Shown: in pieces, positions 1 to 11,800 of the stretch
Layout: the number at the start of each line of letters is the position of its first letter
Numbering within the stretch: the stretch's first letter is position 1
Assembly (NCBI GenBank): GCA_017654855.1
Contig: JAFMPO010000001.1
Coordinates: forward strand, 682,001-746,000
DNA length: 64,000 nt
DNA from: Podospora anserina
Taxonomy: Eukaryota
Direction of reading: 5' to 3'
Position numbers and translations under genes: made by a program
The notes under the pieces: model-generated
The model's database searches: none
Told to the model about the DNA's origin: nothing
Seen by the model: only the letters and a program-made list of their open reading frames with translations

Positions 1-2132
1 AGCACTGCATTAGGGGGTGCTTCGTGCTTGCAGCAAGTGCGAGAGCTTGAGCCCTCCGCCGAGAGCTTGAGATGCCGTTGCTGCCGACGAAAGCCTCAAA
101 CAAAAAGGTGAAATGTGCGAGTCGCTTGAACACGGGTCTGGTGCCAGAGGTTTGTAGTAGGAAATAGGGGCCGTCGGGAGCAAGGAGATAGCTGTCACGT
201 CTGTCTGCGCCTTCATCAGCAGCTGTTTCGGTTTATGCAGGTTGCCGCCCTGTCTCACTTGCTGGCTTCCTCTGCTGGGAGCCGTCCATATCAATCACGG
301 ACAGTCGGAACGGGAATGGAAGCTCACAACCGCGATGAATGTGTTCCTCCTCCACGAAATGCCCCGACTTGAGAATCTCATAAGCCTTGGCTGACGTCTC
401 GACGCCCTAGTGCTAGGGCATATGGTGGTGTGTGTGCTGTCGACCCACGGCGTATCGTGGTCCACAACCGTTACAAGGGCCATCGAGGTCCTAGTAGCGC
501 TAAGCCTGTCACTAATTATTAACAGATTGATAGCCGTCAGGAAACGTGCCTGGAAAAAATGTCGCGCGTATCAGAATATCTCGACGAGGGTGGTGGAGTC
601 GCACTGTCCCGTATTCTGTTGCATTCCACCCACTGCCAGTCACGTCCTCCTTGTCCAAGGAGAACGGGGTCCCGAGATGCGCCGAGCATGCCAACCACCC
701 ACTTAAAGCGTTGCTGTTGCTGCCGCGTTGAGCTGTCTCTGAAGCCCTTGATAAGGGGTTGTGTGGACAGGTCGCGAACAATCTCGGGTGAGGCGTGTAT
801 TGGTTCGAAGGATAACGAGAATTCCGCAAGCCACCGATGAGAAAGATCTTCAGGAACGGGCGGCGTCTTTCGCGGCTCGATTTCCACGATGCCCAAGACC
901 CAAGTGAGCTGAAGAATGGGTACCGGCTACCCCACCAAGCGGCCCAGTGCTAAGGTTGGACCGGGCATCCTGCGCATCTCACGGCACTACAGGCCGCTCC
1001 AGCGGTTTCAGCGTGCCGCCATTGGCCACGAGTGGCTTTCAGCGCCCAGAACCACTAACGTACCCAGAGAATCCCAAGTACTGGCTACCGGGGGGCTGCG
1101 TGGATAGCTGTGGGAATCACGAAGAGAAGCGAGGGCAGTGACGCCATGGGCCCATTATCCATTTCCTAGTTGTTGCTGTTTCCCGTGAGCCCGAGCTCCG
1201 CTGGCCTCACCACTCAGCGGGGCTGCTTGCCCTGTCAACCCTTCCCTGCGGCAGCGCTGTGCCTTCCAGGTGTTCATGCAGCCCCTCTCCTCCTCCAGCT
1301 CTCCCGTCCCCAAGAAACGTGTGAAGCTGTGTCCCATCAAATATTTTAAAAAAATAAAAAAAAACCCCCCCCCAAAAAAAACACAAAGAGGCAACAGGTG
1401 AAACTGCTGACACTGGGGAAGCGTTGAGCGTGTACTCACTCCGTACCAGTATTTCATTACTTGTGCTCTTGAACCAGCAACAGCGGAGCCATCTTCGCCC
1501 ATCAGTTGACTTATCGGCAACAGCGCTGGTCAGATCTGGCTCCTTCTCACCCAATCCTTGTCATCAAACACCCGCCTCTCCTCGCCGTCCCCACCTGCTC
1601 ATTGTTGGTGCTTCGGCCGGCTGGTTTTCTCTTTTTACCTGCAAACGCTCCCCACGCCGCCACACACACCACCTTTTTCTCCTCTTCCTTCCTCCTTCAA
1701 CACCCTCGCGGGAACACCATCGCTGTCCTGTTCTGTCCGTCGCGCGGCTTCGCCGTGTTCAATTCTAGCTCACGGACTCATCCCATCTCCGGCTCTCTCG
1801 CTCAGGTCTCTCGTACGAACCATCAGGTCTCCAATCTCCAGCCGGTCTGATCGGGCTCAGGTGTCTCCAACTTTCCCTGAAACCCGCTGTCAGCAAATCT
1901 CTCTTTCACCACTACCCAACCTGACAAAATTGTCCAACCTGGCATGGCCGTGGCCCAATCCCAGCCAATTCGTGTGTGAGGATCTACTGGGAACAGTTGC
2001 GTGGGATTTTCGACTCGATTGACAACGAAATACATCGCCGTGTACCAAACGAGAGATCCACCAGCTGCTCTCCCTAGGGTCAACGAACACCGACACAACA
2101 CACCAATACCACACCATACAGCCTCGCCCACC

Positions 2133-3542
2133 ATGGGGCAACCACTAACCGCCCTTGTCTGGGCTTTCTTTGGCATCATTGCTCTGCTATCCAGCCGCTC
2201 TCAGGCAACGCCCTCTATCCCAATGGAGTATTGTGCCAGATACAACACTGGTCTCAAGTTTGACCCATGTAGGTGGTCAGTCATCTTGGCACACGGCTTC
2301 AGTATACTGACGTTGTGACTCCTGATAGTTGTCAGCGACTTCCAGAGCATGGGTCGTTGCAGAATAAACTGCACGGATCTGAACTTTGCTTTCGCAATTT
2401 TGCTCGAGAAAAAGTGCTGGTGCTCAAGCACCGTCCCTAACAAGGCCGATCAGAACGACATCTCGGACTGCAGTTTTCCATGCCCGGGCTATCCCGACGA
2501 TATTTGCGGTGGAAAGGGTCCTGTTTATGGGTATCTTGAGATTGCCCAGTTCAAGCCTACAGCAACAGCGCCGCCAGCCTCATTTTCCACCACCCGACAG
2601 CCGTCCAAAACAGCATCCGTAAGTACTCCCCAGTTTTCGAGCGCACAGCACAGAATGCCCGCCGAAGCCCTCCCGCAGCCGTTTTTCTTTTGTCTGCCTC
2701 AGCACCACGAGTCGTTGTTCCATCTCTTGGCCGCGCTTGAGAGCCCTGGAGTTACGGCCGTTTTTAACTTTCCCATACCACCCAGGCCCATGTCCCTGCA
2801 CCCGTCCCTGTGACTATCGTGACCACTGAGGCTGAGATTGTGCAGAGCACATTGCACATCACAGTGACCGTGACACCGTCGATCTCCTCGGCGAGTGTAT
2901 CTTCAGCTTCATCTCCTGTATGCCCTGTTTTTTTTTTATGAATATATATATATATATTTTTAGTTTGTTTGCGATGTCTGGCGACATTTTATTGTTTTGA
3001 TTTGAGATGGAACATTGCTGACTTTTCGATAGCCTGATCAAGTCGTCACGTCGGAACCGGGCGGCGCAGTGGAGACGGTAACCGTTGGAGGCGTCGTCAA
3101 AACTGTGACGGCGGCCTTTCCCCAAGCCACCGGCGGGACGGTGCCAAGTTCTAGCAGTGGCCTGCAGGCCGGAGCCGTTGCCGGCATTGCCGTAGGCATC
3201 ATCGGTGGCTTGTCGGTTCTTGGACTGTTCGTCTGGCTCTTGTGGAAGAAGAGGAGACAAGAAGAGCAGCAGGGATTTATCTCACCCATGAGAGGTGGTA
3301 GTGCTTCGGGCATGGGCTCTATGGGGTCAAAAGCCCCTCAAGTGACGGAGCAGCCATTAACATGGGAGGCCAAACGTCGAAGCCAGCTCATGCCCATTGA
3401 CCCGCGACTCGACCCGTTCTACGTACGCGATCCGAACCGAAGCCGCGACAGCGTCAACTCCCTACAAGACAACCACGACTATTCCAGACGACTTGATGCG
3501 CCACGAGTGCTGAGAGCCACCAATCCAGACCCCGATTATTAG
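2133..3542 (+). CDS. WSC-domain cell-wall integrity sensor (Wsc1/Slg1-like); exons 2133-2268, 2329-2618, 2786-2917, 3033-3542 (~355 aa)
   Basis: Signal peptide MGQPLTALVWAFFGIIALL, Cys-rich WSC domain (C..C..FA.L....CWC....C.FPCPGYPDDICGG), Ser/Thr stalk, one TM helix (AGAVAGIAVGIIGGLSVLGLFVWLLW+KKRR) and a conserved tail (SLQDNHDYSRR..VLRATNPD). GT..AG introns with branch sites keep the frame. Confidence 0.9.
2942..2957. repeat. (AT)8 microsatellite in WSC intron
   Basis: Direct read of atatatatatatatat next to a poly-T run. Confidence 0.9.
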
Positions 3543-4431
3543 ACTGGGGGTTTTTCTCGATCAATTCTTTCGTTTTGCAATTTTCTGGGTTGGAAAATAG
3601 GGGGTCGGCGGGCTGGGCTGGGTTTTCATGACGTACACGAACGAATCCCGACTATCTTTTTTCTCTGGGGCATTTTCCGCGACGAGTTTTCGTTTTCTTC
3701 ATTACTGCATTTGCATTCCACGATACCAATGGCGTTTTCGGGCTGGGTGGATACACTAGGAGATAAGGGAAGGGGGACACTTCCGTTGCAATCGCTACTG
3801 CTTGCCTGGTGGTTGCTTGAGTTGGGTTGGGAGGCAAGATAAAGTTATGTGTGCGGTCAAGAAAAGATAGGTTTTCTTTTTGGGCTGGAAACAAAAGGTA
3901 CGGTCTGAATGGGGTTCTTTCCGTTCTGGGTGACAGCTGTGGCGATGGATTTAATAGGGGATGGTTAGGGCCTGAATCGACTGACTGGCATGAAGCGATT
4001 CTGGAAAAGACTGACATGGCAAAAGGGTGGGTGAACACATGAAGTTGGCCAAGTGCTGGTCAACGGATGGTTTATTTGTACATATTTACATTGACATTGT
4101 CGAGGCTGCTGTCACCCACGATCTGAAGACCACAAGCACATATTTTATGTCTAAAGTTTTTATTTTTTTCATATTGCTTAATTGCTGAACAGTCTTTGAG
4201 ATCCTTCAACCTCGGACTCTCCACGGGGATAATATTCAGCGTGGACTGCGCCGCAGTTAGGCAGATGAGAAACGGCTATCCAAATATCATTGGCCAAGCT
4301 TGGAGCTCTGAGGTCGTGATTTCCGGCCTCCGAACCGGTGAGATTCGAACTGTGCCGCCCGTACCTGATTTTTTTCTTCCCCCGGATTCTGAAAGCAATG
4401 ACACTGCCTCTTTGACAAAGTGGAGCTGTTG

Positions 4432-4458
4432 GATGATGATGATGATGATGATGACGAC
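4432..4458. repeat. (GAT)7(GAC)2 microsatellite
   Basis: Direct read. Confidence 0.9.
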
Positions 4459-5800
4459 TGTGGGTGCTACGGGCATACTACAGGTGACTGCGTGAATAGC
4501 GCAACGATTTTGGTTCTGGTTGGCAAGATCGAGAATCGCATCTTCCTTTTTGACATGCATGAAACCAACCACCACATCATCAAACGATGGGATTGGGTGA
4601 GATTTGGGGACGATCCAGACAGGAACAAGCTTTGGTAGGGAGGGGTGGGGATGGAAAGGGAAGTCGTGCCTGAATATCATTTTTCTCCTCTGGCAAATAA
4701 ATGGGAGCCGGATTTTCCGGTTGCTGGGTGTAACAATGGGTGGTTGAGGTTGTGGTTTCTTTTACCCCTGAAGATCCCCTGACGGCGTGCACCCAATGCC
4801 GTTTGGTGGTCACCCTCCATGATGGGGAGGAGGGGGTGGTATATCGTTACTGTCTCCCGTACCTTGCATAGCATTCGATTCATTGATGCTTGAGATCGAG
4901 ACAAACAAACAAAAGCCTCCATGTTTGTCAAAACCGTCGAGATGGTTACCAGGATGGTGGTGAGGATGAAGAGAGATGTGATGTCATCATCAATTTGAAA
5001 CACCGCCAGCCCACTCACAAAATAACGATTGACAGTTCTGCAGCAAAAAAGACGACCAACAGAATCCGCAAACTTGAGAGGTGGCAGAATAACTTCGTCA
5101 TATCTCCGGACCCTCAGGTATCCGGGTAGATGTAGTGGATATGCTGACTACAACCAAGAAGGCGATACGCGGACAGATACAACAGCAACCCTCAACATCA
5201 AACGATCGCGGACTCGGCCTTTATCACCGACGTTGCCGTGCTCGCAGCTCCATTCTGCCGGTACCGATGAGTTGCAAAGCTTGATTTGGAGATGAACCGG
5301 AGGAAAATGACCGGCCGAGGCGGATGGGAGTTCTATCAATCACTTTTCCGGTTGTTGCCAGTTGCCTGCGGTTGGGAGATTGGGGGTGGGTTACATGACG
5401 TAGAGGACTTGCAGGTGCAATCACGGCTCGGCTTTTTTCTCGCAAGGATGATGGAACGATTTGTTATCAAGAGGGTTTTGGTGAATGGATGCTGTCAAGT
5501 GTCTCCCTTGGACAAGCCGGTTTCGCTGCTGACTCTTCGAAGCCCAGAACCGGAGGGATCCTTGCAGAACGTACACCCAAACTTGACATTCACAGCAATT
5601 CAACTCCATAAAACAACTTGCGCCAAACATTTATTCTCCCCAAGCAAAACAAACAAGATACACTGTCAAACGGCTATACCACTATTCACACTCCAACATG
5701 TCCTCACAACAACCTTGACTTGTACACAATATTGACCCAACAAATTATCATACACCCTTCTCACCCCTTTAAGCCACCCCCATTTCACCATTCGGCTCCC

Positions 5801-8800
5801 CTAAACCTCCATCAAAACCTCACCCTCATCCAGCAAATCCACCACCTTCTTCAGATTCCCAATCAAGCTCCTCCCCAACCCAACAAGCAACAACTTCTCC
5901 GCATTCGCCGGCAACCCCAAATACGTAGGCGGCTCTCTCTCAGGCAGCCTCTGGATCCACCCCATAAACTCCTGAAGGGACGTTCCGCTGGGAACAACCA
6001 GCTCCTCGCTCCCCGTCTCGGGCGTGGCCTCGACAAGCTTGTGACCAATATCAAACGCGGCCGGGGTCAAGAAAGTAGATACGATTTGCCGCAGCATGTT
6101 CATGTCCCCTTCGTCGTCAATCTTGCCTCCGTAGGTTTCTGTGATCAAGTACCGGATCATGTCCCAGGGAATGTTGGTCGGCGCAATGTTGGTGCGGTTT
6201 TGTGCGGCGACGTCGATCCAAGTGTCAATGACAAAGGCGGAGCATTCGTACTATTTTCCATGTTAGCGTCCTGTCAATTTCCAGCAAAGGTTGTTCGGAG
6301 GGACTTACATCAGCATCGTTGAACTCCCAGAACCCCTTCCAACCCAGATTGGGGGCATACCGCAACCTCTCCTGCACCACAGCATGCAGGAACGACAGCA
6401 ACAGATACAGTCGCGTTCTCTCCACAGGTGACTTGACGCTCCTTGTGCTCAGCGAGCCCATCGAGTCCTTCATATTGGCCCTCACACCAGCAGGCTGCTC
6501 GTACATCAACACTCGGGATGCTCTCAGCAGGTTAACAGGAATCTTTGGCGAAGACTCCATAGACAGGAACAGTCTAAACTCTGGGTTCGGGTTCAGGCTC
6601 TCCATCCGCTTCTCAAGTGACTGAAGCCAAGTAGGAGCCAAGTGGACATTCTTGATGAGAACCCAAGAGCCAGTCTGGGCAGCATTGCTGATAGCCTTGT
6701 CCGCACTGGCCAGACCTTCGTTGGAACCCATGGCAATGTTGGTGCAGCGGACACGCATGCGCTCAACCAGACTGTCAACCTTGTAAGAGGCGTCAAAGCC
6801 AGGGCTAGAGACAAGGGAAATGGGGCGAGTAGCAGAAACCTGATCGACAGTCTGCTTGAGATCCTCGACAATGTCAAACAGATCATTGCCAAACACCAAT
6901 GTTACAAACCGTTCGGCAGTAGGGACGAACCGATCAAGACGGAAAAGCTTGACCAAGAGCAGCGATATGAGAGCACGATCCGTCTCAGCAACACTGTCAT
7001 CCCAGATCTTGGGCACGAAGTTCTCAGCAAGCTCCTCCGAAAGAAACTTGTCCCAGTCCGCCTCAGGCACATTCTCAATCTTGTCCTTGAGAGCAGTGAT
7101 ACGCTTGGCCCGAGCAAAGACCTCGTCCTTGGCGCCAATGTCAGTCGAGAGGTCCTTACCCTCAACCTTTTCATCAAGTATAACATCCAACAGGCCCTTG
7201 TCCATTTTGTAGGGCGATGCCTGAGCAAGCAGCATGGCAAGCGTGATCCTGTCCTTTTGCAACAGACCCAGAGCAGTTCGCTTGAAGGCAGCCACGAAGA
7301 GATCCTTGACAATGAGATCTCTCCTGACGTTATGATTCTGCTCCCCCTCCAAGTGCGGGTTGCCGTGCAAGACCGAGTGGAAGATATCCAGGAAATACTG
7401 CAGCGAGAACTGATAGAAGTGATTGATGTAGTGCAGCTGCTCGAGGACAGCAAAGACAGCACTGCAAGATCTGGCAATGATGTTGTACTGCAGCGTGATC
7501 TCCTCCACCTCGGCCATAACACCCTCGGTGTTGCTCATCTTGGTTGAAATCTCGGCCGCCTCCGTCTTGAGAGTCTCGAGAGTCTCGATGACATTGTCAT
7601 CATCCAGTATATTGCCACGAGATTCGTTGAGCGCTTGCAGCAGACGCTTCTCAAGCTGTCGAAGATGAACCTTGAACTCTCCTTGTAACTTGATGAGGTT
7701 GGAACGACGCTCATCAACATCAGGACGCTCAGACTTGAGCACCTCAGCCAAAGACTGGGTTTGCAAACTGCTCTGAGTGACAGTAAAGTTGACAAATGTC
7801 GTCCGCGAGCAAATATCAGGAGCAAAGGTGGCCGAAGGATCCCGCGTGGAAAGGTAAATCTTGAACGCAGGCGAGAAATCGATCTGCTGCTTTCCAAGCT
7901 GGATCAGCACACGACCACCAGTCTTTTGGTACTCCTTATTGAGCACATGATTGAGCACAGGGTCGAGATGTTCGGCATCCTGGATGAGGATCGGGTTACC
8001 GAAACGGAGAGAACTCTCGAGCTGCTTGGTGAACGAATCATCCAAGAAGCTGGTCACGGTAAGCCGGCGGTCCTTGCACTCGCGCTGCAAGAACTCAGTG
8101 ACACGGCCCGAGGGGTCGATGATGAGCGGGTACCGGTTGAAGCGCTGCAAGATGATGGCGTTTTCTGTGCACAGGTCGTCCACAGGCAGCGTGTTGGCCT
8201 GCCAGCTGAGCCTCTCATCGGCCGTCGAGAGGTATTCCGTAACAGGATTGTGCTGCTTGAATTGAATACCACTGAGATGCAGCTGGTGCAGCCAATCCTC
8301 CATCATCGATTTTCTGAACACCTGGTCATAGAGACCGCTGTACGCCAAGAAAGCAGCAGCAACCAACACATCGCCCACCAGTGTGCTGATCTGCGTCTCG
8401 AACGACTTGCTGCCCTCCTCCCAGCGTGTCCTCTCACTCGACAAGCTATCGAGCAGCTTGACACTGCGGTCGACCTTGAATTGCACCCTTGACATCTCCG
8501 ACTTGATAGCCTGCGTCTCGCTGATCAACGACGCATACTCAACCTTGTAAGTGGCAATGCTAGCCTCGAGGTTTTCAATCGTCTGCTCGACCGCCTTGGC
8601 CTCAGCCTTGGTCTGGAGAGCCTGTTCCTCGAGCTGCCGCACTTCCTCTCTCAGCGGCCCAACACGGTCCAAAATCTCGGCGTACTGCACCTGCGCCTCA
8701 ACCCACTGGACAAGCGGACCGCAAGCCTTGGAGGCACGGTTGACCTTCTCAAAGGTAAACTCGGGGTTGGCCAAGAACTCGTTCCGCATCTTCATCCTCA

Positions 8801-11800
8801 GCGCCTTGGTCATCTGCCTCTCATTGTCAAAGTTGATGATGCTGGCGATGAAATCATCACGACGGACAACAGCCTGAATCTGCTTCCAATCGTTGACCTT
8901 GTGACCAATCAATGTGCAGACTGAATCGAGCGCCAGCCTGACACCAGGTGGAGGCGCAGACATGGACCTGACTTCGGTAAGCTGGGGCTTCTTGATGTTG
9001 CCGACACTAGCCTTGGCCGCCTCAACAGCCGGTTCGGCCTTGGCTAAATCCTCCAACACAAACTTCTTGCGAGAAGCAACCTCAGCCTCCTGCTTCCCAA
9101 GCGCAACCTGAATCTCCAACGAAGCATTCTTCCTCTGCTCAGCCTCACGCTGATCAGCAACCATCCTCTGCAGCTTCTCATTGGCCTCCGCATCCTTCTG
9201 CTCAAGCTGGGCCTTCTTCTCCGCCAGACTGACCCTCAAATCCCGAACCTTGTCGACCGTATCTCTCAGCTTCTCCAACCCAACATTCAAATGCCTCTGT
9301 TGCTCCTCCAAATCTTCTCTCTTCTCATTGTACAGCTTGACATACTGCGCCACAAAGTCCAGGAAATGTCTCGGAGTAAGGAAAGTGACCTTGCCCTGCT
9401 GCTTGAGGAGCTTGCTGTTGAACCGCTGCAACGAGTAGTGAATATACACCATGGAGTTGACGACCGCCTCTCTGTGCGACGGCGGCAGGTTAAGACTGCG
9501 GTACGCCACAGGAATTGTATCGGGAGCAGCCCAGTTTGACCTGTCCAAGTCCACAGAGTGCGTGAGCTCATGACCGACCTGGAACAAGGCCTGATCGGAC
9601 CAGTCACCAAACCAGTTGAGCACGCAACGGTTGAACAGCGCAGGCGACGTCGCAGCCTTGGAACTCAAGCCATCCTCCGGCGGGTTCATGGTGAACACCA
9701 CGTGCAAGTTCTTGACAATCTGCCCCGTGAACCACTTGTACAGCTCCTCCTGTGAATCCAACAACAACCCCTGTCGCTGAGCACCCTCCTTGCAAGCCGT
9801 CATCAACGCAGCCAAATCATCACCCTCAAACAGACCCGGCACCTCAGCATTGGCCAACAGAGTATTCATCCTCTCCAGGAAACCCGAATCCAGCACATTC
9901 GACTCGTCCATAATGAAGCACATCTTCTCCCCCTTGCAGCCGCACCTCCTCAACACCTCCCTCAGATCCTCATCAAAGTCTTCCGCCGAGTACTTGCCAT
10001 GAACCTTGATCTGGAACACCTTCAAGCCATTCATCCAAGCCACGAACCTAGACAGCGTAGTCTTGCCACTACCGCTGACACCAATAAGAATAAGATGTCC
10101 CTGCGGCTGTCTGAACACACGATCAATGCGCAGCACGTGCTCCAAGACGTCATTGAACAGGATAAGCGGGACATCGACCTCTTCTTCGCAAAAGGTCTTG
10201 AGTCTGGCCTTGACGAAGTCGCGAAGCTGCTCGCGGTCAACAGGCACATAGTTCTTTGAGAGCCAATTGGAGAACAGGATTGGTCCACCAAGCGCCTTTT
10301 GCTCATCAATGGTGGGGAAGTACTCCATGGCGATTCTGCGGACAGCATCATCGGTCCATTTGCGCTCCTCTTCGGCAACCAGACGATCTTGGAACAGGCG
10401 CAACGCTTCATGGGCCCAAATTCGAATGAGACCTTCCACTGACAACGTCTCCAGCGGCCGAATAGCCTCATACACACCGCGCACCCATCTGGTGAGTTCA
10501 CGAGGACTGTAGACGTAATGGGGCTGAATCTTGGGTGTGAACCTCTGCTGTGACTCGAGATACAGCTTAACCATGGCCTGCGTGAGCGGCTCGGCATAGC
10601 CACGGAGCGAAGGAATGATCTTGAGAACCGCCGAGTTGAAGGTGCCATAAATCTGCATGAGCGAGACCTCGCCAGGGTAATCAACCATGATAAGGGGGGC
10701 ATGTCTCAGGAAACGGGGACCCATGGGGGTACGGCCAGCATCAGTAGGCGGGTTGCAAGCACCGACGAATTGGATGCGGTCAAGGGTGACCCAGGACTTG
10801 TCCGAAGTCCTCCAGAAGCCGTTGTGTTCGACGAGCTGACGGAGGAAAGAAATTGCACGCTGAGTACCGTACTTGTCGGGGGCGGGCAAGTTGATTTCGT
10901 CGCAGAAGATGACAAGCCAGCGGCCAATTTGTGTGGGCGAAAGCATGACTCCGTTAAGCGTCTTCTTGTACTCGCAATATTGCTCAAACGTCTTGATCAG
11001 CAAGTCAGGCGTCGTCGCGCTAGAAAAGTTGAGGCCGACGACTTCCATGTTGGGAAGCTTGCGGAGAGCGCTGAACAGCGTCATTGTTTTACCGGAACCA
11101 GGAGGACCGCACAGCAACAGAGGCTTATGCTCAGCAAGCCACGAGTAGAGAACATCCTCATGGCGAACAGTGTCCAGCGTGGGAATGACAACATCCGTCT
11201 GCGTGACCGAGTGAGTGTTGACTTCGATGGTAGGTACCTGGTTCTGCCAAGGTGTCCATTCAGCCTTGGGCAACGACACGTCAAAGTCGATGAGCGAGTT
11301 TGTGTTGTCCAGAGGAGGGGAGCCGAAGCTGGCCAGACCAGCAACCTTGTCACCAAACTGCTTGCGGTCATTCAATGGGCAATCACCCGTCAAAGCCCAG
11401 ACGAGTGCCAGCAAAAGCTTCTTGGAGATGTAATTCTCGACCTGCTCAGGCTCCAGAGGGAAGTCGACATGCTGACTGTTGTACTCGATGATATCGCGAA
11501 CAGCCTTGTTCAGCAGAGAGAACATGGTATTAAGGACACGAGCAATGGTGAACTCCATGATGTGATTGAAGCCCTCAGCTTGCTGTAGCGCTTCATTGAT
11601 GAAGTTATCAGTCGTGAGATAGGCCTGTAGCAAGCCGGCTGCCTGAGCCTGAACAGCAAGAGCTTTGGCCGAGCTCTGCCCAGTAGCGACAGCATCCTCA
11701 TCCAGATCCTCGAACGCAACAGACCGCAGCGTCTCAATATAGTTGGTGACCAGCATGTTCGGTGTGACGGTATCCTCACTAAACCAGACCATACCGCAGC

